Below, in pieces: positions 8,797 through 18,377 of a stretch of DNA of 64,000 bases. The DNA lies in IMG/VR virus record IMGVR_UViG_3300032007_000002; one strand, written 5' to 3'. Under the pieces are notes generated by a model. That model saw only the letters and a list, made by a program, of their open reading frames with translations, was not told where the DNA came from and did not search any database. This DNA comes from a virus. Its lineage: Duplodnaviria > Heunggongvirae > Uroviricota > Caudoviricetes. The position numbers and the translations under genes were made by a program. Each line of letters begins with the position of its first letter. Within the stretch, counting starts at the first letter, position 1.

Positions 8797-9555
8797 TTAG
8801 GAAAGGTCCGTCATCATCATGGCGCCAGGCGCCTGTTCAAGCATCAGGTCGAAGAACTTGTCGAAGCGCTTTTCAGCCCTGTCGTAAATTCCCTTGCCGT
8901 CAATCTTGACACCGCCAGGCATCGTGAAGTCGTCCTTGCTGAGGATTTCGCCCAGCTGCATCTGCGCCTTTGCCACGCACATTTCGCGGAAGTACGGGTT
9001 GCAGAAGATTTCGGACATCTTCGCCTTCATGAACACCTTCGCAATGGCCTTCCTCGGGGCTTTCGGGGTCGGGTAGATGCGGACGATGTGTTCCGTCGGG
9101 TAGAAGTGGATGTCATACTGCGTGCCGATAATCTTCTTGTAATCCTGCAACGTCCGAAGCGAATTGGCATAGGTGACAAGGTCGAACTGGCCGAAATTTC
9201 CGATCGTCGCCCCGCCGACGGCCATTAGCGATTCGCCCGGTCCGACGTCCCACGCCATCATCGGGGAGAAGGTGTTACCGTATGACGGGCTGATGTCGAT
9301 GAACTGCATGCACTCGTCCGGGACACGGTATTCCATCACGCCCGGTTCGAGGTGGATGACGAGAATGTCCTGGTAAGAGGATTCATCGACGCTGGATTTC
9401 CAGAAGAAGTCAAGACAGTCCTGGATGGCCATGTGGATATGGCCCAGGCCGTTGTCTTCGTCGACCACCATTTCAATGTCCGTCAACGGGGCACCGAGAC
9501 GGCGCTTGACCCAGGTCGCCATGTCGTCGCGTGTCATCAAACGTCCGCTACTCAT
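8797..9555 (-). CDS. gp13: Neck protein, T4 gp13-like
   Basis: TRDDMATWVKRRLGAP..DIE and AKAQMQLGEILSK...MPGGVKIDGKGIY motifs. Confidence 0.85.
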   Translation of the reverse strand: MSSGRLMTRDDMATWVKRRLGAPLTDIEMVVDEDNGLGHIHMAIQDCLDFFWKSSVDESSYQDILVIHLEPGVMEYRVPDECMQFIDISPSYGNTFSPMMAWDVGPGESLMAVGGATIGNFGQFDLVTYANSLRTLQDYKKIIGTQYDIHFYPTEHIVRIYPTPKAPRKAIAKVFMKAKMSEIFCNPYFREMCVAKAQMQLGEILSKDDFTMPGGVKIDGKGIYDRAEKRFDKFFDLMLEQAPGAMMMTDLS

Positions 9556-9558
9556 AGG

Positions 9559-10056
9559 TTATCCCTCGAAGCGCTTGTACTTGTAGATGATTGTGCCCAT
9601 CTTCTCGTCGAAGTCGGAGAAGATGTTGCCGATTCCGCCGAACTTCGCGAGGTCCGGGTGCTCGGTGAACGCGTCGTCCATGCCCTTGAGGATGGTCTCC
9701 ATGCGGGAAAGGATGGTCTCCTTGCCCGGGGCCCATTCCTTGCGGTCTGTCCCGAAATTGCCTTCCGGGACGAACGAGCCGACATCGGAAATGGACAGGT
9801 AACGCTCGGCGAGCCTGTCGGACGTGTCACGCATGAGGTCATAGACCTCGCCCATCAGTTCGTGCTCGAAATTGTTCTTCGCGTTCCAGTGATATACATG
9901 GAACTCGTTGGCATACCCGAGCAAGTCGCATGCGGCGTTTTTCAGGACGTCCGTATCGCTGGTCTTGGGGGCGCCTTCGGCACTTTCGGTCATCGGGACC
10001 GCATGTCCGCCGAGACGGGCCAGCCCGCGATCCATCTTTTCAAAGTTGTTGTCCAT
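9559..10056 (-). CDS. Ferritin/Dps-like protein (start corrected to MDNNFEK)
   Basis: HVYHWN...HELMGEVYD...DRLAERY ferroxidase-type pattern. Confidence 0.75.
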   Translation of the reverse strand: MDNNFEKMDRGLARLGGHAVPMTESAEGAPKTSDTDVLKNAACDLLGYANEFHVYHWNAKNNFEHELMGEVYDLMRDTSDRLAERYLSISDVGSFVPEGNFGTDRKEWAPGKETILSRMETILKGMDDAFTEHPDLAKFGGIGNIFSDFDEKMGTIIYKYKRFEG

Positions 10057-10222
10057 TTTTTCTTTCGTACTCCTCTCGGAAAACTTTTGCGTATTTCGCC
10101 ACCCAATCCCTGGCAGCGGCCTCGCCGAGGTCCCGTCCCGCTTTCTCGGATTCAATCCACTTGTACCGCTCGATTTCCTCTCGCTGGGCATCAAGGAACT
10201 TCTTCATCTTCTCGCGATTCAC
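10040..10222 (-). CDS. DUF4032-like small protein
   Basis: EIERYKWIESEKAGRDLG..AA.DW signature. Confidence 0.65.
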   Translation of the reverse strand: MNREKMKKFLDAQREEIERYKWIESEKAGRDLGEAAARDWVAKYAKVFREEYERKNGQQL

Positions 10223-10245
10223 GGGGACCCCCGTCGCTGGCTACG

Positions 10246-10848
10246 TTACTGCATGCTTTCCACGAGACCGCCAATCGGGTTGGTAGCCTCGGCAGCCTGC
10301 TTGGCCTTGCGGCTCTTCTTGGTAGTGACCTTGGCCGGTGCCTCGGTAACTACCGTTTCCGGTTCAGCCGGGGCTTCGACAGCGGGCGCTTCCTCGGTCG
10401 TGGCTTCGGGTTCGGCAGCCACACCCATGCTCACCTGGGCGGTACCGCCCTGGTCGGTGCCGCTGAAGAACATCGGCCCGAAATCGACGTTGATGCCGAA
10501 CTTCTTGATGGCTTCGGCATCGCCGGCTTCAAGGGCCTTCATGAACTCCTGGTAGTCGGCAGTTTCGGCAACGACGCTGAAAGAGCTGGCTGTCGGCTTC
10601 TTGCTCTCCTGCTGGTGGGCCATCATCGCGGCAATGCGTTCATTTTCGTTTGCCGCTCCGGTCGGCTTCACGACAGGCGCCGGTGCGACGACCTGGCGCT
10701 TCGCTGCGCTCTGTGCGGCGAGAAGGCGGGAGATTGCGGCCGGTGCATCGGATGCTGCCGCCTTGCGGGTAATCACCGGGGCGACGGATGTGCGCCCGCG
10801 GCTCTTGGAACGGGCCTGGATGGCAAGGAGTGTAGATTCTACGGTCAT
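10246..10848 (-). CDS. Hypothetical Ala-rich late protein
   Basis: Phage-like codon use; TATAAACTG at 10887-10895 upstream. Confidence 0.6.
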   Translation of the reverse strand: MTVESTLLAIQARSKSRGRTSVAPVITRKAAASDAPAAISRLLAAQSAAKRQVVAPAPVVKPTGAANENERIAAMMAHQQESKKPTASSFSVVAETADYQEFMKALEAGDAEAIKKFGINVDFGPMFFSGTDQGGTAQVSMGVAAEPEATTEEAPAVEAPAEPETVVTEAPAKVTTKKSRKAKQAAEATNPIGGLVESMQ

Positions 10849-10904
10849 TTGGTTATTCCGGTTAAGTGTTAAACAGTAATATCCTACAGTTTATAGCAAG
10901 GCGG

Positions 10905-11351
10905 CTAGGCCATCACGGACCGCACCATGCCGTCAACGCGGCTGTTCGCTGCCTTGAAAATCCCCATCGGGTCGGAATCGTCGTCATCGGAACTGTCGTT
11001 GCCGACATATTCCTCGGGCTGTTCCTTCGCAAGCTGTGCGCGGATAAACGCGGGATCGTAGGCGCCCGGGCCGGTGAATTTCCGATACCCGCCTTCCTGC
11101 CCGCCCGAGTTCATCGTGTCGAACATGGCATCGAATACGTTATCAGATGCTTCCGGCTCCTTCCCCGGGGTCTCGATGCGGTCATTCTCGTATTGACGGT
11201 CCTCGATAAACGCCTGCATCATCTGGTCGGGCGTATGGGGCTTCGGCATCACGAACTCGGGACGTTTCGGGGCGGGAACGGACGCTGCCGCAATCCGTTT
11301 TTCCATCACCGCCTTCTGGTGGGCAAACATACGCGCTATACTAGGATCCAT
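10905..11351 (-). CDS. Hypothetical protein
   Basis: 148-aa ORF overlapping the gp15 stop. Confidence 0.6.
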   Translation of the reverse strand: MDPSIARMFAHQKAVMEKRIAAASVPAPKRPEFVMPKPHTPDQMMQAFIEDRQYENDRIETPGKEPEASDNVFDAMFDTMNSGGQEGGYRKFTGPGAYDPAFIRAQLAKEQPEEYVGNDSSDDDDSDPMGIFKAANSRVDGMVRSVMA

Positions 11352-12981
11352 CGGTAACCTCGAACGTGTTCACGGCAACCATCGTGTCGGAGAAGTTTGT
11401 CTTGACGCCGAACGCTCCGTTCTCGCCGTGGTTGTAGAGCACAAAATAGAACGAATAGATGGTTTCCGTGTCGAAGTCGTATTCGTCCGTCCTGAACGTC
11501 TTGTGCATGGTTGCGGTATGGAACGTGAAGTAGAGACGGTTGTCCATCACGCCCCAGTCGAACCAGACGGTACCCTTCGGGATTACCGTGCCGTCGTGGG
11601 CGGTGGTGTCCTCCGGGTTGTAGAGATACTGGAAGACCGTATCGCCGAGTTCCTTGAACTGCAACGTGGCCTTGAACGTATATGAGGACTCGATGAGCCC
11701 GCCCTCATTATCGCCGAACCAGTCAAGTATCTGCGACCATTCCTTGCGCTCGCCGGCGACGCCGGTATTCTGCAGTCCGTCCGAAGCGTACCCGCCCGGG
11801 GCGTATGAGCCGTTTCCGGGAGGGATGGACGGGACGAACTCGCGGCTTGCCGCATTGATTGCGACGAAGTCACGGCCCATGCCGCTAAAATCCTTCGCGA
11901 CATCGGAATCGTCATCGAACGTAAGGTGGAGAAGGTCAAATTCCGGGACCTCGGTAGGCCGGGCGACATCATCGACCACCACCTCGGTAAAGTCATAAAT
12001 CGGGATGCGGTCGCCATTCTCGTCAAGGACATACTTGCCGTTATCGTCAACCTCGTACCCGACCAGCTGCGGGTTATACCCGTTCTGCGGGTTCCCGTTC
12101 TCGTCGAGGCCAAGGACCTGTGGGGCGGTGAGGAAGATGCGGCGGAGCGTCACGTCCTTCCAATATTCCTCGTTGTCGTCGGCATACTGCTTGACGAGCG
12201 TCCTCGTAAACGTCTTCAACAGTGAATAGCCTTCGCGGCGGGACGGTTCCACGGTTTCCCACAGCTGCTTCTTCTGCTGCGCAATCGCGTCCGGGTAAAC
12301 GAACACCTGCAGGCTGTCGATTAGGCGCTCGTCGATGTTGAAGTCCATCTGCGCATAACGGATCATTTCCGGCAGCTCGTAGGGACGGTGATAGACGCCG
12401 TGCGCCTCGATATTGTATTTCGCATGGTAGAACTGGTATTCGTTGGAATTCAGTTCCTTCTCGTCGTCAATCTGGTCGCCCGGAACGCCAATCGTGAAAG
12501 GAATTTGGCGTTCGAGCTTGGGAGCGAAATCGAACTCCTTGATGCGCAGGGTGCGGTAAGTGTTGAAATACGGTTCGATGTTTTCCTTCACCTGCCGGAA
12601 GTCGGACAGGTTGTCGCAGAGGATTTCCAGCTCGAACTTGAAGATGTAGGGCGTCGGCTGGATGTCTTGAATCCACCGGTTCAGCGGCTCGTAGAAAATC
12701 CTGCGGGTATAGGTCGGCTGCACGCGGCGTGCATCGTCGGGAGCGGTTCCCGTGCAGCGGAGACCCGCGACGGGAATTGGCTGGGCGACCTGCTTCGCGC
12801 GGACCGTAGTTACCCAGTTCGCAAAGTCGTCATTCGTGTGGGTGACAATCGGGATGCGCACGGTACGGTCATAAATCTGCCGCTTCGTATCCTTGTACTT
12901 GTTCACACGGAGATTGTTGAACACGTCAAGGAGGGCTATCTCAATCTTCTCGATTTCCCTTACGTAGTAGTATGGCGTCAT
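11341..12981 (-). CDS. gp15: Tail sheath stabiliser/terminator, T4 gp15-like, with C-terminal extension
   Basis: YYY..EI......DVFNNL and PTPYIFKFELEI...QVKENIEPYF motifs. Confidence 0.8.
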   Translation of the reverse strand: MTPYYYVREIEKIEIALLDVFNNLRVNKYKDTKRQIYDRTVRIPIVTHTNDDFANWVTTVRAKQVAQPIPVAGLRCTGTAPDDARRVQPTYTRRIFYEPLNRWIQDIQPTPYIFKFELEILCDNLSDFRQVKENIEPYFNTYRTLRIKEFDFAPKLERQIPFTIGVPGDQIDDEKELNSNEYQFYHAKYNIEAHGVYHRPYELPEMIRYAQMDFNIDERLIDSLQVFVYPDAIAQQKKQLWETVEPSRREGYSLLKTFTRTLVKQYADDNEEYWKDVTLRRIFLTAPQVLGLDENGNPQNGYNPQLVGYEVDDNGKYVLDENGDRIPIYDFTEVVVDDVARPTEVPEFDLLHLTFDDDSDVAKDFSGMGRDFVAINAASREFVPSIPPGNGSYAPGGYASDGLQNTGVAGERKEWSQILDWFGDNEGGLIESSYTFKATLQFKELGDTVFQYLYNPEDTTAHDGTVIPKGTVWFDWGVMDNRLYFTFHTATMHKTFRTDEYDFDTETIYSFYFVLYNHGENGAFGVKTNFSDTMVAVNTFEVTDGS

Positions 12982-12993
12982 CCCGACCCCCGG

Positions 12994-13278
12994 TTATTCC
13001 TTCGCCGGAAGAACGATGTTCGCGTATGTTTCCAGACCGCGGAGCGCGTAGTCGCGTTCCGAACCGGATGCGCTCTCTACAATGCCGGCGAGCTTGCCGA
13101 TAAACGCGCCCCTGTCTTCGCCGCACTGACTTTCGAGGAAGTTGATTGCCTCAACGCGGTTCCTGTCGGCCGTCTCGCAGACGACGAACGCGTCGGCAAC
13201 ACACTCGGTCAGCGCCGGACCCTTCTCGCGCATAATCTCGCCGAGGTCGTCGATAAACTTTTGCTTCGGATCATCCAT
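12994..13278 (-). CDS. Hypothetical late protein (start MDDPKQ)
   Basis: ORF downstream of TATAAACTA at 13306-13314. Confidence 0.6.
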   Translation of the reverse strand: MDDPKQKFIDDLGEIMREKGPALTECVADAFVVCETADRNRVEAINFLESQCGEDRGAFIGKLAGIVESASGSERDYALRGLETYANIVLPAKE

Positions 13279-13330
13279 ATTGTAACCGGCTGTTTCCTTT
13301 CCGTCTAGTTTATAGTTTTCCGGTGGTTTC

Positions 13331-13366
13331 AAAACGAAACAAGGCCGGCGGAATTACCCGCCGGCC
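13331..13366 (-). terminator. Terminator after hsp20
   Basis: GGCCGGCGG/CCGCCGGCC stem (13343-13366) followed by T-rich sequence on the minus strand. Confidence 0.65.
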
Positions 13367-13390
13367 CCTAACCAATCAGGATCGCACTCG

Positions 13391-13786
13391 CTATGCGATA
13401 GTCAGCTTCCGCGGCTCGGCAGAGACCTTGTTCGGGATGCTGATGGTGAGCAAGCCGTCCTTGTAGGCAAGCTCCGCCTTTTCGCAGTCGAACTCGTCCC
13501 TGACCTCAAAGTCGAGGGTGTAGGTCAACTTCTGGCCGAACACGTCGCGAGGGGCGCTCAGCTTGAAATTGTTGCCTTCGAACGTGCAGGAAATCGCTTC
13601 CTTGGCCACGCCCGGGAGCTCAACGACGATTGTCGCGCCCTTGTCCTTGTCAACATGGCTGTAATTGGACGGGATTGCCTCCGTGGCAACCTTCACGTCC
13701 TTGTTCTGGTCAGACGCGTCGGCAAGCATGTTAATGACGTTGTTGAAGAAGTTGAAACCGAAATTGGAGTTGAACGGTTGAATCAT
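13391..13786 (-). CDS. hsp20: Small heat-shock protein, Hsp20/alpha-crystallin family (start MIQPFN)
   Basis: VELPGVAKEAI and AYKDGLLTISIP motifs; GAGG RBS. Confidence 0.9.
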   Translation of the reverse strand: MIQPFNSNFGFNFFNNVINMLADASDQNKDVKVATEAIPSNYSHVDKDKGATIVVELPGVAKEAISCTFEGNNFKLSAPRDVFGQKLTYTLDFEVRDEFDCEKAELAYKDGLLTISIPNKVSAEPRKLTIA

Positions 13787-13828
13787 AGTTGTTGTTTCCT
13801 CTTGTTGATTTTTGTTCTGCACCCTACT

Positions 13829-13844
13829 AGCAAAAACCGTGCCA
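13829..13844 (-). promoter_or_regulatory. Sigma-54 (-24/-12) promoter TGGCACGGTTTTTGCT
   Basis: Exact match to TGGCACG-N4-TTGC(T/A), ending 42 nt upstream of the hsp20 ATG and just downstream of a hairpin at 13855-13874. Confidence 0.75.
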
Positions 13845-13919
13845 AAACGAAAGACCCGTGCCTTGCGGCACGGGCCAGGTGAGGTACAAGCCAAAGGAGA
13901 TTAAAACGCTAACCTCACC

Positions 13920-14405
13920 TTATCGCAACTTGATCTGGTCCTTGTAGTCTTCCTGAGTGATGGGAGCGGTGCCGTAGGACGTGGCCGTCGTGCAGATGGT
14001 GTAGCCGTTCTTCTTGAAGTAGTCCAGCATGGCGTTCTTGTCGATTTCCGTCTTGGACTCGGCTTCCTTCCTGTCATTCTCGGCAGACTTCCCGTTGGGG
14101 TTGTCCTTGAAGTCATACTCCATGCGGTTGTAGTTCTTTTCGCCACGACCCGGAGTATTCATCCAGTAGTTTTCCTCGATAAAGTCCTCCTGCGCCTTGG
14201 AGAGAAGCCCGTTGGTGTGGAGCTTCTGCTGCTTGTAGGCACGGTTGAGGAACTTGTCGGCCTTGCCGCTCTTGATGTCCCCCACGGTAGGGAACACGTC
14301 CTGGCAAGCGACAAAGATGTCGCGCTTCCAGCTGTTCTGCTGGTTGAAATTGTAGCCCATCATGTTCAGGACATTTCCAGGATTGATATTGAGCGCCATC
14401 GCCAC
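13920..14405 (-). CDS. Hypothetical late protein
   Basis: GGAG RBS; TATAAACTG at 14427-14435 overlaps the gp55 stop. Confidence 0.6.
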   Translation of the reverse strand: MAMALNINPGNVLNMMGYNFNQQNSWKRDIFVACQDVFPTVGDIKSGKADKFLNRAYKQQKLHTNGLLSKAQEDFIEENYWMNTPGRGEKNYNRMEYDFKDNPNGKSAENDRKEAESKTEIDKNAMLDYFKKNGYTICTTATSYGTAPITQEDYKDQIKLR

Positions 14406-14425
14406 TCTCCGTAGGTTTTACGGAA

Positions 14426-15187
14426 TCAGTTTATAGATCTGTGCCGCGCATCCCGGACGAGGTCGTCCAGTTCGGCATGTTCCTTGCCGAAATCCGGGCT
14501 TTCGATGTTGTCCGGGTCATGCTTCTTGTCCGGGAAGGCCGCTTCGAGCACGCCGACAGCATTGTCGATTTCTCCCATGGAGCCGACTTCGGCCACGGCA
14601 GCGCTCTTCTTCTTTTCGGAATCTTCCTTCACCACGCCGGCATACTGGTCCAGTGACGAGCAGGTGGACAGCAGGTTGTCGTTGAGGCTCGTGAACTTCA
14701 TGCGGGCAGCCTGCTTCTTCTTCTTTTCCTTGATGGCCACGAAGGCCCAGGTGGCGGCGTTCGCAAGGTAGTAGTAAGGGTCGCACTTGCCGTTCTTCGA
14801 CTTCGCCTTCATCTTCTCGGGGTCGTAGTTGTGGCAATAGAGGATCATGTTCTCGATTGCGTAAGCCTCCATTTCCTCCTTCCAGTCGGCGGAGTAGGAG
14901 TGCCAACGGCCGTCGCAGATGGTCTTGGTAACGACAATCTGGATAATCTCCCCGAGCCAGCGGTTGACGGGGGCGGTCTGCAGTGCGTAAAAATTCGGGT
15001 TCGGGTTGCCCATCGCGACCGCCTTCTGGTAGGCGGCATTGTGGTCGGCCTTGTGTTCAAGGAGCAACCTGTTCAAGTAATTCGGGTCGATATGACCATA
15101 AATCATCGACTGGCGGGTCTGGTGCCCGTCCTTGTCGAACTCGGGTTCCATCTCGACTTGTACAGACTTTTCGCTATTCTTGGCCAT
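14426..15187 (-). CDS. gp55: Late-transcription sigma factor, T4 gp55-like (start MAKNSEK)
   Basis: LGEII...SYSADWKEEM...IENMILYCHNYDPEK...DPYYYL....WAFV..KEKKKKQ aligns with the gp55 core. Confidence 0.85.
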   Translation of the reverse strand: MAKNSEKSVQVEMEPEFDKDGHQTRQSMIYGHIDPNYLNRLLLEHKADHNAAYQKAVAMGNPNPNFYALQTAPVNRWLGEIIQIVVTKTICDGRWHSYSADWKEEMEAYAIENMILYCHNYDPEKMKAKSKNGKCDPYYYLANAATWAFVAIKEKKKKQAARMKFTSLNDNLLSTCSSLDQYAGVVKEDSEKKKSAAVAEVGSMGEIDNAVGVLEAAFPDKKHDPDNIESPDFGKEHAELDDLVRDARHRSIN

Positions 15188-15212
15188 AATTGGTGGTCCT
15201 TGTTGCTGCATG

Positions 15213-15225
15213 AAAACTAGGTTTT
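15213..15225 (-). promoter_or_regulatory. Near-palindromic motif AAAACCTAGTTTT (putative middle promoter/operator)
   Basis: Core AAACCTAGTTT seen 7 times, 17-35 nt upstream of minus-strand starts (also 18359, 20020, 36711, 53166, 56152, 57131). Confidence 0.65.
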
Positions 15226-15228
15226 AGC

Positions 15229-17625
15229 CTAGTGGCAGGCTGCCGAGTTGTACATCTTGGCAAAGTCGGCTGCGGACATCGCGGTCTTGTAATACCGGAA
15301 GCCCCACACACCGCGCATGCCGACGATGCCGTCGTCAGTCCGGTTGCAGAGGAACTTGGTGCTGTCCGTGATGCGCCAGCTGTCGTAGAGGCTGTCCGGG
15401 CCGAGGATGGAAGTATATTCCATCGGGACCTTCTCGCCGTAGCCGTCACGGACCGCGAACGACCAGTTGTCGTCAACGAGCCCGAAGCCGTCGGCAAGAA
15501 TGTTTTCGAGGCTCCGGTTGTAGGCCATCTTGTTCTTGCGAACATTCTCGGAATCCTCGGGATAGATTTCCTCCGGGACCGCATGCGGGATGAACCACGC
15601 ATCGTGCGTAGTGTGCTCGATTGCCTGCCCGTTGGCATCCTTGACAGTATTGCCGTTCCCGTCCAGCTCGACTACGGTAACTTCCTTGTTGTATTCAACG
15701 TCATCGGCAACGGCCGCGCCGGCCTTCTTGAGGTGCATCACATAGTATTCCATGCCGATGCGGAGATTTCCCGTCCCGACATAGCCATACAGGTGCCACC
15801 CGTCGTCGCGACGCTGCCAGAACGCAATAGTAAAACCGTTCGTGTCGGAGCTGGCAGAATATTCGTCGGTCATCTTGACCGTGTAATGCCGTTCGCAGTC
15901 GCAGTACGCGCGGCAGTCCGGGGACACGTCGCCCTCGGTATAGGAACAGTCCTTGCGGATTTCCGTGGTCTCCATGGAGAACTTGCGCTCGTAATTCTCG
16001 TCAACGAGGACGCAGTCATCCAATACCGGATCTCCCGGCGTCCCGGAAATCGCCTTAATCAGCTCGTCGTTCGCGCCGTCGCTAATCCTGTAATCGGTGA
16101 TGATTACCTGGCGTTCGCCGTTCGGCACCACCGACGCGCCACCGCACATGACCTTGACGGTCCTGCGGGCATGATTGAGATAGCAAGACGAGTTGAGGTA
16201 GTAATAGTCGATGTGGAAAATTCCGCCGCACTTGCAGAAGTCGATGTCGGTCTGCACTGTCACCGCACGGCTGAGGTCAACCGTATTCCCGTTGAGTTCA
16301 AAGTCGTTCCCGAGGAACTCCCAGTCGCCACAAGTAACGCGCCAGAGGCCGTCACAGTTCTCGCCAGGTTCGCATACCTGGTTGGTAAGGACAACGAGGT
16401 CGCCCGGCTTAACGGCAACGCCGCACACGGTCTGCGAACCGTTCTTGACGGGGACATCGTCGGAACAGACAACCTTGACGGTCTCGTTCACGCGGACACC
16501 CGGATCGATGAACACGCCGCAGTCAACGGGCAGCGGGGGATTGATTGCAAAGCACGGGTTGGCGCCTTCGCCATACACCGGTTCGCCGAGACCCTGCCAG
16601 TCGTCCTTCCTCACTTCCCAGAGACCGTCGGTACCGTCGAACTGCGCGGCAAGCCACACGATGTCGCCCTCGCGGAGGGAGACGCCATCAAGCGTCATCT
16701 CGCCCTTGCGGTAGTCGAGGCGGGTATTGTAAATCAGGCGGACGTAGTAATACTTGATATTTTCGCACGGGCAGTCATAGCTGATGTCCTTCACATAGAT
16801 TTCACTCCCGAAGCCGTCACCGGCGCCGGTAGAAACGTCATTGTTCGCGGTCCCTACTTCGGACGTAGTAAGGGAAATCGGGCTCGCGAACCAGCAGTTT
16901 CCCTCGCCAACGTAATCGCTGTTGCCTGTTGTCGGCTTGTTGTCCTCATCGAACTTATACCTGATTAGGGACAGGTTTCTTGTCGTCGAGGAATTTTCGA
17001 GTAGCGTCGCATTGGCGCAAGTATCGCCATACCCGAGGTAGATTGAGTAGGTGGCGCATGCCTCGTCGTTGCCGAACTTGTCCGGCGTAAGGATGATGGT
17101 TGCAGTCTGGTCTGCAGTCGAGCACGCCTCGTCGGAAAGCCCTTCGTACTGGATGTCTTCCGGCGCGATGCGGATGCAATTCCCGTCCGCATACAAAAAG
17201 ACGGCAAGGTTCGCGACGTTCGCCTCCGTCAGATTGTGACAGTGGAGCACGACCTCGGCAACCTCGCCTACGCGGCTTGCAAGATTTTCGATGTGGTGGA
17301 TTTCCGGGAGGCACTGCGCACCCGTAGTGCCGAACACGCGGAACTTGGGAAGCGCACGCATGCGCTGGCCGTTGATTGCGATATACTCAATCAGGACTTC
17401 GAGGTCGAACGCGACATTCGGGTCCGGCATTTCGGCACCACCGAGATACCGGAGTTCCCAGACCCCCTCGCTGACATTGGCCAGCTCGAAAAGATCCGTC
17501 TCGGTGTCGAGTTCGGCTTCGAGGATTTCCCTCACCTGTTCTTCGTCAGGGACGATTACTCCGATTGCGAGCGGGGTATTTCCGTCCGCCTTGAAAACTG
17601 TGCTGGTGAGGGTGAACTTTTCCAT
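15229..17625 (-). CDS. Cys-rich virion/tail-fibre-associated protein (798 aa)
   Basis: Two copies of a module LDGVSLREGDIVWLAAQ...DGLWEV / VCGVAVKPGDLVVLTNQ...DGLWRV of the kind seen in tail-fibre proteins. Confidence 0.55.
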   Translation of the reverse strand: MEKFTLTSTVFKADGNTPLAIGVIVPDEEQVREILEAELDTETDLFELANVSEGVWELRYLGGAEMPDPNVAFDLEVLIEYIAINGQRMRALPKFRVFGTTGAQCLPEIHHIENLASRVGEVAEVVLHCHNLTEANVANLAVFLYADGNCIRIAPEDIQYEGLSDEACSTADQTATIILTPDKFGNDEACATYSIYLGYGDTCANATLLENSSTTRNLSLIRYKFDEDNKPTTGNSDYVGEGNCWFASPISLTTSEVGTANNDVSTGAGDGFGSEIYVKDISYDCPCENIKYYYVRLIYNTRLDYRKGEMTLDGVSLREGDIVWLAAQFDGTDGLWEVRKDDWQGLGEPVYGEGANPCFAINPPLPVDCGVFIDPGVRVNETVKVVCSDDVPVKNGSQTVCGVAVKPGDLVVLTNQVCEPGENCDGLWRVTCGDWEFLGNDFELNGNTVDLSRAVTVQTDIDFCKCGGIFHIDYYYLNSSCYLNHARRTVKVMCGGASVVPNGERQVIITDYRISDGANDELIKAISGTPGDPVLDDCVLVDENYERKFSMETTEIRKDCSYTEGDVSPDCRAYCDCERHYTVKMTDEYSASSDTNGFTIAFWQRRDDGWHLYGYVGTGNLRIGMEYYVMHLKKAGAAVADDVEYNKEVTVVELDGNGNTVKDANGQAIEHTTHDAWFIPHAVPEEIYPEDSENVRKNKMAYNRSLENILADGFGLVDDNWSFAVRDGYGEKVPMEYTSILGPDSLYDSWRITDSTKFLCNRTDDGIVGMRGVWGFRYYKTAMSAADFAKMYNSAACH

Positions 17626-17626
17626 G

Positions 17627-18334
17627 TTACTGTGCCGGCTGCTGCGCTTGCGGTTGTGGTTGCTGTTGCTGCGGCTTGTTCTGCATCAACGTAAGTTTAC
17701 TGGAATACTTTTCGATTGCGTCAGCCAAAGCCTGGCCCGCGACACGGTAGCCTTCAACATACTTCGGGTTACTGACATACATTTCGGGAATCCAGAGCTC
17801 TGGCTTGCGCATGCTGGTCACGACCTGGGAAATCATCCAGCGGAACTTGTCGATTGTGTCGAGCATCGGCTTGGCCGACATCATGGCGTCATCCGACTTG
17901 AGGATGTCGATCATCTGGTCGAGCTGCTTCTTGTTCGCCTGAGCCTCTTCGGTCGTCATGTTGAACTTGGCGCAGTCGTTGTCCTGGTCATACTGGGCCT
18001 TCAGGCTGTCCATGTATGCCTGGCGCTGGCGATATGCTTCCTGTTCGTTGGCGGCACCCTGGTTCAGGTGATAGCCGGCCGCCTGTGCCTGCTGCTGGTA
18101 TTGGTAGTATGCCTCGGTCCCAAATTCAGGAACCGGGCCCAGTGGCTGGGCAGCCTGTGCAGCAAACCCCGGAATGGCCTGGGGTGCAGGTTGGACCTGC
18201 GGTGCCGGTTGGGGCTGCGGCTGATAGACCGGCTGTGCCGGTTGGGGCTGGATGAAAGCGGACTGTTGAGCCTGCTGTGTGCGGGCAGTAGGGGCGAAAG
18301 CGCCCGGGCGATGAGCAAATGCTTTTGAAGCCAT
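17627..18334 (-). CDS. Gln/Pro-rich hypothetical protein
   Basis: GAGG RBS; Q/P low-complexity ends. Confidence 0.65.
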   Translation of the reverse strand: MASKAFAHRPGAFAPTARTQQAQQSAFIQPQPAQPVYQPQPQPAPQVQPAPQAIPGFAAQAAQPLGPVPEFGTEAYYQYQQQAQAAGYHLNQGAANEQEAYRQRQAYMDSLKAQYDQDNDCAKFNMTTEEAQANKKQLDQMIDILKSDDAMMSAKPMLDTIDKFRWMISQVVTSMRKPELWIPEMYVSNPKYVEGYRVAGQALADAIEKYSSKLTLMQNKPQQQQPQPQAQQPAQ

Positions 18335-18377
18335 GGTTTACCTCGTCTTTACGGCGTGAAACTAGGTTTCACCGCGA

